Below are positions 38,340-46,087 of a DNA stretch of 64,000 nt, piece by piece. Every line of letters begins with the position of its first letter. Positions within the stretch are counted from its first letter, which is position 1. This stretch comes from an uncultured bacterium (GTDB taxonomy: Bacteria; Edwardsbacteria; AC1; EtOH8). A program made the position numbers and the translations under genes. The notes below the pieces were generated by a model. That model did not search any database. It was not told the DNA's origin and saw only the letters and a list, made by a program, of their open reading frames with translations. The DNA is taken from NCBI GenBank assembly GCA_964588285.1, contig CAZPNX010000012.1:5329-69328 (forward strand). Reading direction: 5' to 3'.

Positions 38340-38500
38340 CGAGGCGGCCGACAGGTAATCAAGAGAAAGCATTTCGCTTCAGCAAGTCGGGCAAGTAAAC
38401 CAGCCTCGGGGTGACAGGAATATCGGAACAGGTTGAGGAAGGGACGTCACCCGTTCGACTTGTCAGGCATGGTGACGGACTCAGGTTTAAAGGCTTGGTA

Positions 38501-38531
38501 AGGGCCGGGGCAAAACGCCCCGGCCCTTTTT
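38501..38531 (+). terminator. Intrinsic terminator of the upstream operon
   Basis: AGGGCCGGGGC-AAAAC-GCCCCGGCCCT followed by a T-tract. Confidence 0.8.
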
Positions 38532-38605
38532 GCTCCGGTCCGCTTGCAATCTCTCACTTTTTTACGTTATCATTATTCCCGAAACGCAGAAAAGGAGCCG
38601 CCAGC

Positions 38606-39940
38606 ATGGCCGGGCGAGAGAAGAAAAAGCTGTTCATCCTGGACACCAACGTCATCCTCTACGACCACAGCTGCCTCTACAACTTCCAGGAGCACGACGT
38701 GGTGGTGCCCATCGTGGTGCTGGAGGAGCTGGACAAGTTCAAGAAGGGCGGAGACCTCATCAACTACGAAGCCCGGGAGTTCGTTCGCGAGCTGGACCGG
38801 CTGGCCGGCGACCAACTCTTCACCCGCGGCGTTGCCTTGGGCAAGGGGCGGGGCAGGCTCTACGTCAAGGTGGAGGATCCGCATTCCGAGGTCATTTACC
38901 ATTCCTTTTCGGCCAACAAGTCGGACCACCGCATCCTGGCCCTGGCCGAGCAGCTGTCGGGCAAGCTCAAGGAGCGGCGGGTGATCATAGTCAGCAAGGA
39001 CATCAACCTGAGGATGAAGGCCAAAAGCCTGGGGCTGCAGGCCGAGGACTACGAGACCGGCAAGATCCAAAATGTGGACAAACTCTACGGCCAGACCCCG
39101 GTGCTGGAGGACCTGGACAAGGCGGCCATCTCCAAGTTCTACGAGGAGCCGCATCGGGTGCCGCTGGCCGAGCTGCCCGAGCTCAAGAATCCCCTGCCCA
39201 ACCAGTACTTCATTTTAAAGAACAACAGCTCCAGCGTCCTGGCCCATTACAACGCCGAGCTGAACTCCCTGGAGAGGGTAGCCAAGCGTCCGGCCTACGG
39301 CATCGAGCCGCGCAACGCCGAGCAGATATTCTCCCTGGACGCCCTGATGCGGCCCGAGGTCCAGCTGGTGGCCCTCACCGGCAAGGCCGGCACCGGCAAG
39401 ACCCTGCTGGCCCTGGCGGCGGCTCTGGAACAAAGACGAAGCTTCCACCAGATCTACCTGGCCCGGCCGGTGGTGCCCTTAGCCAATAGGGACATCGGTT
39501 TTCTGCCCGGGGACATCAAGTCCAAGATCGATCCCTACATGGAGCCGTTGTGGGACAACCTCTCGGTCATCAAGCACCGTTTTGCTCCGGAGAGCAAGGA
39601 GCACGCCAAGATCAACGAGCTGGTGCAGAACGAGAAGCTGATCATCACCGCCCTGGCCTTCATCCGCGGGCGCAGCCTGTCCAACATCTGCTTCATCGTG
39701 GACGAGGCCCAGAACCTGACGCCGCTGGAGGTGAAAACCATCATCACCCGGGCCGGCGAGGGGGCCAAGATCGTGTTCACCGGGGACGTCTACCAGATAG
39801 ACTCCCCATACTTGGACGCCCAGTCCAACGGGCTGACCTACCTCATCGACCGCATGAAGGGCCAGAAACTTTTCGCCCACGTCAACCTGGTCAAGGGCGA
39901 ACGATCGCACCTGGCCGAGCTGGCTTCGGACCTGCTGTGA
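38606..39940 (+). CDS. PIN-PhoH (PhoH2/YlaK-like) RNase-ATPase
   Basis: ILDTNVIL PIN motif; SKDINLRMKA; GKAGTGKT; IGFLPG; FIRGRS; DEAQN; AAGGAG RBS before ATG 38606. Confidence 0.92.
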   Translation: MAGREKKKLFILDTNVILYDHSCLYNFQEHDVVVPIVVLEELDKFKKGGDLINYEAREFVRELDRLAGDQLFTRGVALGKGRGRLYVKVEDPHSEVIYHSFSANKSDHRILALAEQLSGKLKERRVIIVSKDINLRMKAKSLGLQAEDYETGKIQNVDKLYGQTPVLEDLDKAAISKFYEEPHRVPLAELPELKNPLPNQYFILKNNSSSVLAHYNAELNSLERVAKRPAYGIEPRNAEQIFSLDALMRPEVQLVALTGKAGTGKTLLALAAALEQRRSFHQIYLARPVVPLANRDIGFLPGDIKSKIDPYMEPLWDNLSVIKHRFAPESKEHAKINELVQNEKLIITALAFIRGRSLSNICFIVDEAQNLTPLEVKTIITRAGEGAKIVFTGDVYQIDSPYLDAQSNGLTYLIDRMKGQKLFAHVNLVKGERSHLAELASDLL

Positions 39941-39943
39941 TGT

Positions 39944-40077
39944 CTCTCACCAAGGCACGGAGGCACCAAGGCTTTTTACTCAATAGCCCCGTTCCCTGGT
40001 GAGATAAGAAAGGTCCGGAGGAAAGATGTTCGAGAAATATTTTTCATCGTCTTTGTGTCTTGGTGCCTTTGTGAGAG
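39944..40077. repeat. Imperfect 27-bp inverted repeat with internal 9-nt periodicity (MITE/REP-like remnant)
   Basis: 39944-39970 CTCTCACCAAGGCACGGAGGCACCAAG versus the reverse complement of 40051-40077 CTCTCACAAAGGCACCAAGACACAAAG (22/27 identical). Confidence 0.6.
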
Positions 40078-40083
40078 TGAAGT

Positions 40084-40449
40084 ATGGCCAATAAGAAGCA
40101 GATAATCATGATCGGGGACCGGGTGCTGATAGATCCCGAGGCCGGACCGGATCGCACCCAGACCGGGCTCTATCTTCCGCCAACCGTCAAGGAAAAGGAC
40201 AAGGTCCAGGGAGGCTTTGTGGTCAAGGTGGGGCCGGGCTATCCCTTCCAGGATCCCAACAAATGCGACGAACCCTGGTCGGCCAAGAGGTCCGGAGATC
40301 TCCGCTACATCCCACTCCAGATCTACGAGGGGGACTACGCCCTGTTCCTGCGCGACGCGGCCTTCGAGATCGAGTTCGAGGAAAAAAAGTATCTGATCGT
40401 GCCCTACGGTTCCATCCTGGCGGTGGTGCGGGGCGAGCTGGGGCTGTGA
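40084..40449 (+). CDS. Co-chaperonin GroES (Cpn10)-family protein, stand-alone
   Basis: IGDRVLI, TGLYLP, VVKVGPG, FEEKKYLIV...ILAVV. Confidence 0.8.
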   Translation: MANKKQIIMIGDRVLIDPEAGPDRTQTGLYLPPTVKEKDKVQGGFVVKVGPGYPFQDPNKCDEPWSAKRSGDLRYIPLQIYEGDYALFLRDAAFEIEFEEKKYLIVPYGSILAVVRGELGL

Positions 40450-40527
40450 CATCTTTGCCAGGGATCGGCACGGATCATATATGAAAGAATACCGGAAAAA
40501 TCCGCGGAAATCTGTGGCAGAAAAGAT

Positions 40528-41169
40528 ATGCTGCAAGCCGTCATCTTCGACGCCGACGGCGTCATCATAGACTCGGAGAAGATATGGGACCTGGCCCAGG
40601 AAGAATTCCTGCGTCGTCGGGGAATATCCTACGAAAGGGAGCGGGTAAAGCTTGTCTGCACCGCCAATTCACCGGTGGGGGCCATAAGGGCATTGCAGGA
40701 GATGTACGGTTTTTCCGGCGACCCGGAGCAGATGTCCGAGGAGAGGATCGCCATCGTTCGAGAGCACTACCAGAAGCAGGGAGTCCCGCTGGTTCCCGGT
40801 TTCACCGACTTCTTCGCCAAGGTCAGAAAAAAATACCTGGCGGCCGTGGCCACGGCCATGGAGCAGGGGTTGTTGGGTCTGGTGGCGGAGAGGCTGGAAC
40901 TACGAGGTCTTTTCGGTGAGCACATATACTCTATTTCCGAGATCGGCTACGTGCCCAAGCCCAATCCCGACATCTTCCTCTACGCCGCCAACAGGCTTGG
41001 GGTCAAACCAGGGAACTGCCTGGTGATAGAGGACTCGCCTAACGGCATCGAGTCGGCCCGGCGGGCCGGGATGCGCTGCGTGGCTCTGACCACTACCTTC
41101 GGGCGGGAGAGGCTGGGGGGAGCGGACCAGGTGGTTGACGGCTTCGAGGAGATAGACTTAGTCTTCTGA
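40528..41169 (+). CDS. HAD-family phosphatase (beta-PGM-like)
   Basis: IFDADGVIIDSE, KPNPDIFL, IEDSPNG. Confidence 0.9.
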   Translation: MLQAVIFDADGVIIDSEKIWDLAQEEFLRRRGISYERERVKLVCTANSPVGAIRALQEMYGFSGDPEQMSEERIAIVREHYQKQGVPLVPGFTDFFAKVRKKYLAAVATAMEQGLLGLVAERLELRGLFGEHIYSISEIGYVPKPNPDIFLYAANRLGVKPGNCLVIEDSPNGIESARRAGMRCVALTTTFGRERLGGADQVVDGFEEIDLVF

Positions 41170-41193
41170 TACCATTATAGCTTTATCTATAAA

Positions 41194-41229
41194 AAACAGG
41201 AGAGCCCGCAGATGCGGGCTCTCCTGTTT
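41194..41229. terminator. Bidirectional terminator
   Basis: AAACAGGAGAGCCCGCA-GA-TGCGGGCTCTCCTGTTT between convergent genes. Confidence 0.8.
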
Positions 41230-41243
41230 AATCCAATCCTTTT

Positions 41244-41654
41244 CTATTCTACATAGACTTCCACCCGGTCGCCGGACTCTTCGTCCTCGACGTCCACCAT
41301 CTGGTAGCGGCCGTTGACGGCGAACTGGTCGAACAGGCTCTCGATGTCCTCGAAGCTTTCGGCGTCCAGCCTGATGCCCTTGGCCTCCATCTTTTCCTTG
41401 GCCTGCTCCGGCATCATCATGTGGAATTTGCCGCCCAGCTTTCCGGCGATCTTTAAAAGGGAGAGGGGCACGGTCACCCTGACCTTGGGCCTCTCCGAAC
41501 CCTTTTCGAAAACCCGGACCTTTAGCCAGTGGGCTCGGCCGTTCTGCAGGCCGGAACCGGGCGACTCGATGGCCGCCAAGAGCTTGGCTCCCTCCTCGGC
41601 GGTTATCTTCTTCTCCTCGACCATGCGTAGGATGCGGATGCGTTCTTCAGACAT
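41244..41654 (-). CDS. SHOCT-like domain protein (YvlB/LiaX N-terminus-like)
   Basis: MSEERIRILRMVEEKKITAEEGAKLL; WLKVRV...VRVTVPLSL; start set at ATG 41654. Confidence 0.75.
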   Translation of the reverse strand: MSEERIRILRMVEEKKITAEEGAKLLAAIESPGSGLQNGRAHWLKVRVFEKGSERPKVRVTVPLSLLKIAGKLGGKFHMMMPEQAKEKMEAKGIRLDAESFEDIESLFDQFAVNGRYQMVDVEDEESGDRVEVYVE

Positions 41655-41682
41655 GTGACTATTTCCTTTCAAAAACATTATC

Positions 41683-41785
41683 CAGGGCCTGCGTCATCCT
41701 GAGATGCCTTCCGTGCCCAACGGGTTGAAGGATGACAGCATCATCCCTCAACTTGCCTGGCGTGGAGCAAACTCGGGGTGACATT
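41683..41785. repeat. Tandem REP-like hairpins
   Basis: GTCATCCT...AGGATGAC followed by a second imperfect hairpin ending CTCGGGGTGACA; the same 12-mer is intergenic at 38405-38416. Confidence 0.4.
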
Positions 41786-41811
41786 TATGAGTAAGATTGT
41801 CGGCATAACGT

Positions 41812-43080
41812 TCACCGAAGTTCTGTTTGGACCGCCGGGTCGAACCCGATGAAGCGGCGGAACGGTTCGGAGAACAGCAGGGGCAGGGCGATGAACCCGG
41901 GGATGATCATGCAGGCGGAGATGATGAGCCTGACCGGCAGGAACTCGGCCAGCACCCCGCCCAGGGCCATGCCCAGCGGCATCAGGCCGCCGGTGACCGT
42001 GCCCATCAGGGAGAAGACCTTGCCCCGCATGTCGGCCGGGGTGGCCATTTGCATCACCGAGCTGATGAGGGTGTTGACCACCGAGTTGCAGGCGGCCCCC
42101 AGCAGGCCCACGGCCAGCATGGGGTAGAACCCCACCAAGGGGAAAAGGGCCCACAGCAGACAGGTCAGGCCCAGGCCGGCGTTGAAGACGGCGAAACGCC
42201 GCTTTGGCGGTACCGGCAACGCCGACAGGGCCAGAAGGCCGGCCAGGAAACCGGCGGTGACCACGGCCATGGCCAGGCCGTACCTGGCCGGGCCCAGCCC
42301 GGCCGTCTTTTGGAACATGGGCAGTATCAGGATGAAGCCCATGTTGCCGAAGAGGTTCATGCCGGCGGCCAGCAGTATCAGGTCGCGCAAGCCGCGGATG
42401 CGCCAGACGAAATCCAGGCCGCCCTTGAAGTCCTTCCAGAAATGGAACTCGGGGGCGGCGTGGAACACCTTGGGGACGCGGATGAACAGCGAGGCCGCCC
42501 CGGCGTAGATGTAGGAAAGCCCGTTGAAAAGGAACAGCAGGGGGGGCCCCAGGAACTGGTAAATGAGGCCGCCGGCCGAGTTGCCCAGGATGCCGGTCGA
42601 GGTGCCGATCAGGCCGAACACCGAGTTGGCCCGGACTATTTGGTCGCGCTTGACTATATCCGGCAGCACCGAACCCACCGCCGGATTGAAGAAGGCGCCG
42701 CCCAGTCCCATGACCGTGCCGGCGGCGAAGACCATCCACACCTGGCAGCGCCCGGCCAGGGCGGCGGCGCCAACCAGGACCACGGCCAGGCCGCGGGCCA
42801 TGTCCGACCAGGCCAGAACCAGGCGGCGGTCGGCGCGGTCCACCCAGACGCCAGCGGCCGGGGAGACCAGGATGCGAGGCAGTGCGGTGGCGGCCATCAG
42901 GGCTCCCATGACGGCGGTGGAGCCGGTGGCGGCCAGGACCCAGAAGCCTAGGGCGATCTCATACACTACGTCCCCCAGCGAGGAGACCAGCTGTCCCTGC
43001 CACAGCAGCAGGAAGTTCCGATTCCAGAGCCCGGCGCACGCAGCGGCGGACGGCGGAGCAACGGCGGCGGCCTCGGCCAT
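41812..43080 (-). CDS. MFS transporter (DHA3/macrolide-efflux-like)
   Basis: RNFLLLWQGQLVSSLGD, GVWVDRADRR, RGKVFSL; 12-TM pattern. Confidence 0.88.
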   Translation of the reverse strand: MAEAAAVAPPSAAACAGLWNRNFLLLWQGQLVSSLGDVVYEIALGFWVLAATGSTAVMGALMAATALPRILVSPAAGVWVDRADRRLVLAWSDMARGLAVVLVGAAALAGRCQVWMVFAAGTVMGLGGAFFNPAVGSVLPDIVKRDQIVRANSVFGLIGTSTGILGNSAGGLIYQFLGPPLLFLFNGLSYIYAGAASLFIRVPKVFHAAPEFHFWKDFKGGLDFVWRIRGLRDLILLAAGMNLFGNMGFILILPMFQKTAGLGPARYGLAMAVVTAGFLAGLLALSALPVPPKRRFAVFNAGLGLTCLLWALFPLVGFYPMLAVGLLGAACNSVVNTLISSVMQMATPADMRGKVFSLMGTVTGGLMPLGMALGGVLAEFLPVRLIISACMIIPGFIALPLLFSEPFRRFIGFDPAVQTELR

Positions 43081-43087
43081 GTGTGCC

Positions 43088-43447
43088 TCAGGCGCCTCTC
43101 AGCTTTTTAGCCGCCTCGTCGGCCGACATCCGGCCCTCCTCGACTGCCTTAAGGATCTCGGCCCGACCGCTATCCGCCGTTTCCCCATGGTCCTTACTGA
43201 GGTCTTCTCCATGGCAGCAGCCTTCCCGGACGATCTTGAATTTATGCGAGGGGCGTCCGTCCCTCCAGGCCACCAGGTCGAGGATCTTCATCAGACCCCA
43301 GGCGATGAGCAGTATGGGCCAGTCCCTGGAGAAGGAGAAGTCGAAGCCAAGCAGGCCGTGGTTGGAGAGCAGCAGGAATATTCCCAGCAGAATCCAGAAA
43401 AGGCCCCACATGATCTTGCGGGGGCGGCTGAAGGAGAACCAGAACAT
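43088..43447 (-). CDS. LiaI/LiaF-like (DUF5668) membrane protein with C-terminal SHOCT-like domain
   Basis: WGLFWILLGIFLLLSNHG...WPILLIAWGL; C-terminal RAEILKAVEEGRMSADEAAKKL. Confidence 0.75.
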   Translation of the reverse strand: MFWFSFSRPRKIMWGLFWILLGIFLLLSNHGLLGFDFSFSRDWPILLIAWGLMKILDLVAWRDGRPSHKFKIVREGCCHGEDLSKDHGETADSGRAEILKAVEEGRMSADEAAKKLRGA

Positions 43448-43538
43448 TCGCGCTTCCTTTCATCTTGCCCGCCGGGGCAGGAGGGACGATGTCCCTTTTC
43501 GTCCGGGGCGGGATGTTTTCGGTTGTTGGGCGGCGCCC

Positions 43539-43715
43539 TCAGATGCTGTCCAGGAGTTCCGATACGCCTATCAGGACCAGGATGACCGGCCAGTCCTGGC
43601 GGAATGAGAACCGGGCGTCGATGACGCCGTGGTTCGACAGCAGGATCAGAGTCCCGGCGGCCATGAAGGCCAGCCCCCAGACTGCCTTGCTGACGATGCG
43701 TTTTATGTGGCTCAT
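43539..43715 (-). CDS. Small DUF5668-like membrane protein (58 aa, not in the ORF track)
   Basis: Hand translation MSHIKRIVSKAVWGLAFMAAGTLILLSNHGVIDARFSFRQDWPVILVLIGVSELLDSI; AAGGAGG RBS; paralogous to the N-terminus of 43088-43447. Confidence 0.8.
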   Translation of the reverse strand: MSHIKRIVSKAVWGLAFMAAGTLILLSNHGVIDARFSFRQDWPVILVLIGVSELLDSI

Positions 43716-43733
43716 GTTACCTCCTTGTTGATG

Positions 43734-43925
43734 TCAGATCCCCAGAAGGGGGCGGCCCGACCCTGTCGATGCGGACCCGCCGGCCGCATCCCGGCCATTA
43801 CCATGCTCCCGGCCGGGCGCGCCATCCTGGCCGTCGTCGGCCGTCCTTGAAGATGTCCCGCCCCACGATGACTCGTCGTGGGGGGTGAGGTAGAGGAATC
43901 CATCGGCATCCGGCATGATGGCCAT
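43734..43925 (-). CDS. Small acidic Gly-rich hypothetical protein (63 aa)
   Basis: GGAG RBS overlapping the upstream stop; fills the operon gap; no recognisable domain. Confidence 0.45.
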   Translation of the reverse strand: MAIMPDADGFLYLTPHDESSWGGTSSRTADDGQDGAPGREHGNGRDAAGGSASTGSGRPLLGI

Positions 43926-43934
43926 GGCGCTCTC

Positions 43935-45197
43935 CTATCCGATGCTGATGTCGCCGCTGGTGGTTCTGACCGAGACGGCCACCCGGCCGGCGCCCAGCCT
44001 TCCCGTAAGCCTCCGGCTGGTCTGGTTCCGCTCTGCCAGCTCCAGGCTGCAGTCGATGTCCCCGCTGGCGGTGGAGGCCTCGAGCGACATGTCCGAACCG
44101 TCCGGGACCTCGAGCTCCACGTCCCCGCTGACGCTGGCCAGACGGATGTCGCCGCCCGGGGACGACCGGAGTTCTACGGAGATGTCGCCGGAGGTGGTGG
44201 AAGCCTTCAGGCCCTCCAGCATTTCCGCCTCTAGCTCCAGGTCCCCGGAGACGGTGCTCACCTCCGCCCGCCCGCGCTCCAGCTTCAGGGATAGGTCGCC
44301 GCTCACGGACTGGGCGACCAGCTCGCCGGAGAAATCGGCCGCCTCGATATCGCCGCTGGCTGTCTGTATCCTGACAGAGGCCTGGATGCACTTGGCCAAC
44401 TCGATGTCCCCCGAAGCGGTTGAGATCTCAATGGTCCCGGAGCAGCCGTCTAGCGATACCTCGCCCGAGGTGGAATTGATCTTGGCCCCGCCGGCGGCGC
44501 CGGTCACCTCGATCTCGCCCGAGGCCGTCCCCAGCTCCAGGGCCAGCCCCTTCGGCACCTCCAGTTCGAAGTCCACCTGGGCCCGGCGTTTCTTGGTCCA
44601 GGGCGGGCCCTCCAGCTTGACGCGCAGCGTGCCACCGTCGTTCTCGGCCACCACCTTTAGGGATTTCAGCCTTTCCTGGGCCTCGCCCTCGTCGTCGCCG
44701 TAAACGTGGACCTGGGCCTTGATAACGATCTGGTCGGTATCATTTCCGGTCACAGAGATCTCGCTGCGGGGCTGGCTCAGGGACAGCGCCCTGATCCCCT
44801 CGGCCGGGACGGTGACCACCTGCTCCTCCTCGGCGTGGTGGGCGCCGAAGCAGCACTCCACAATCTTGGGGAGGTCGGGCACCCGGGGCACCTTGGGGAC
44901 CCGGGGGATCCGGAAATGGATGTGCCTCTCCCGGTGCCGTTCCATCCTCTCCCGGGCCAGCTCCATCTTCTCCCGGGCGCGCTCCATGGCCTCGGCGGCC
45001 ACCAGGCCGGGGTTGACCTCGTCCATCACCCGGGCCACGATCCGGGCCGGGTCGGGGCCGTGTTCCCGGTATTCATCCTCATCACTGCTGGCCGGGGCAG
45101 GGGGCTCCTTGATGGCCGCCAGCAGCCCCTCGGCCTCCTGGGAGGTGATCTTGCCGGACTCCAGGAGCTTCAATATCCTCAAAGTTTCGTCAGACAT
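43935..45197 (-). CDS. DUF4097 beta-strand-repeat protein with N-terminal SHOCT-like domain (LiaX/YvlB-like)
   Basis: MSDETLRILKLLESGKITSQEAEGLL; repeated [ST][ATV]SG[DE][IV]x[LV] strands. Confidence 0.85.
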   Translation of the reverse strand: MSDETLRILKLLESGKITSQEAEGLLAAIKEPPAPASSDEDEYREHGPDPARIVARVMDEVNPGLVAAEAMERAREKMELARERMERHRERHIHFRIPRVPKVPRVPDLPKIVECCFGAHHAEEEQVVTVPAEGIRALSLSQPRSEISVTGNDTDQIVIKAQVHVYGDDEGEAQERLKSLKVVAENDGGTLRVKLEGPPWTKKRRAQVDFELEVPKGLALELGTASGEIEVTGAAGGAKINSTSGEVSLDGCSGTIEISTASGDIELAKCIQASVRIQTASGDIEAADFSGELVAQSVSGDLSLKLERGRAEVSTVSGDLELEAEMLEGLKASTTSGDISVELRSSPGGDIRLASVSGDVELEVPDGSDMSLEASTASGDIDCSLELAERNQTSRRLTGRLGAGRVAVSVRTTSGDISIG

Positions 45198-45236
45198 TTT
45201 CTGTTCCTTCTTCTGAATGTTTTCAGGCGTCCCCGC

Positions 45237-45329
45237 CTAGATGAACAGCATCAGGAACAAAGAGGAGATGACGCCCAGGGGGATCAGGCCCCCCAGGTCC
45301 ACCTGCCTCAGCCAGTTCGTGTGCTTCAT
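45237..45329 (-). CDS. 30-aa single-TM micro-protein (not in the ORF track)
   Basis: Hand translation MKHTNWLRQVDLGGLIPLGVISSLFLMLFI; GGAGAG RBS; sits between DUF2089 and DUF4097. Confidence 0.6.
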   Translation of the reverse strand: MKHTNWLRQVDLGGLIPLGVISSLFLMLFI

Positions 45330-45361
45330 TGTTCTCTCCAAATTATAAGGTTTTTAGAATG

Positions 45362-45727
45362 TTAGCTTCTGAGCTTGTTCAGCTCCTCGATGGCCTGGGC
45401 GGCGGTCAGCCGGCCCTCCTCCAGCTCCCTGAGTATCTCCTCGCGGCTGCGTCCGGCGGCGTCCATCCTTGAGAGGGCAGCGATGACCTCGTCCAGCCTG
45501 GCCCGGACGGTGGGGTAGGAGACCTGCAGCCTTTTCTCCATCTCCCTGATGCTGCCGCGTGAGATGACGAAGGTCCTGATGAAGGACAGCTGCTCCTCGG
45601 ACAGGCTGCCCAGCGGGGTGGGGGTGAACTCGCCGCGGACCACGGTGTCGCACGAGGTGCACTTGAGCTCGGAGACCATGGTGGGCGAACCGCAGGAGGG
45701 GCAGAGGTGCGGCATCTGCTTCGGCAT
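45362..45727 (-). CDS. DUF2089-family protein (Zn ribbon + HTH + SHOCT-like tail)
   Basis: CPSCG...CTSCDTVVRGEF; FIRTFVISRGSIREMEKRLQVSYPTVRARLDEVI; REEILRELEEGRLTAAQA. Confidence 0.9.
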   Translation of the reverse strand: MPKQMPHLCPSCGSPTMVSELKCTSCDTVVRGEFTPTPLGSLSEEQLSFIRTFVISRGSIREMEKRLQVSYPTVRARLDEVIAALSRMDAAGRSREEILRELEEGRLTAAQAIEELNKLRS

Positions 45728-45739
45728 GTCCGTCTACCT

Positions 45740-45880
45740 TCAGGCGGATTTGTTGGGGGAGGGAAGGCCGAGGATCATGCCGGCCAGCGACGCCCAAAGG
45801 AGGACGTTAAACTGGTCCCTTTGTGCGGATTCGGCAATGGTGCCGGCGATAGAGGGTGTGGCGAAGGGTTGGGTGTTCAT
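45740..45880 (-). CDS. 46-aa micro-peptide, paralog B (not in the ORF track)
   Basis: Hand translation MNTQPFATPSIAGTIAESAQRDQFNVLLWASLAGMILGLPSPNKSA; GAGG RBS; similar to paralog A. Confidence 0.65.
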   Translation of the reverse strand: MNTQPFATPSIAGTIAESAQRDQFNVLLWASLAGMILGLPSPNKSA

Positions 45881-45892
45881 GGCTTGACCTCT

Positions 45893-46030
45893 TCAGTTTG
45901 ATTTGTTCGAGGCGGGGTTCAGGATGCCGTTTATTATGGATGTCCAGAGGAAGACTTCGAAGGATGCGGAACTGGAGTCGGACACAGGTGCTACCGATGC
46001 TGTCAGAGCTTTTCGAATCATCTGATCCAT
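45893..46030 (-). CDS. 45-aa micro-peptide, paralog A (not in the ORF track)
   Basis: Hand translation MDQMIRKALTASVAPVSDSSSASFEVFLWTSIINGILNPASNKSN; GGAG RBS; first ORF after a consensus promoter. Confidence 0.65.
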   Translation of the reverse strand: MDQMIRKALTASVAPVSDSSSASFEVFLWTSIINGILNPASNKSN

Positions 46031-46087
46031 CTTCGCGTCTCCATTTAAAGTTTAATACGGTTAATACTTCTTGCTTGTTTCATTATA

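Noticed and set aside
38355-38530. Possible SAM-I riboswitch or attenuator for the PIN-PhoH gene (ATCAAGAG followed by a terminator)
   Set aside because: The remaining SAM-I core is absent, and a separate promoter (TTGCAA-N18-TATCAT, 38544-38573) follows the terminator
43734-46030. RiPP biosynthetic cluster built on the micro-peptides
   Set aside because: No modifying enzyme (radical SAM, YcaO, LanM, C39 transporter) nearby; the GG in the 63-aa ORF lacks a double-glycine leader consensus
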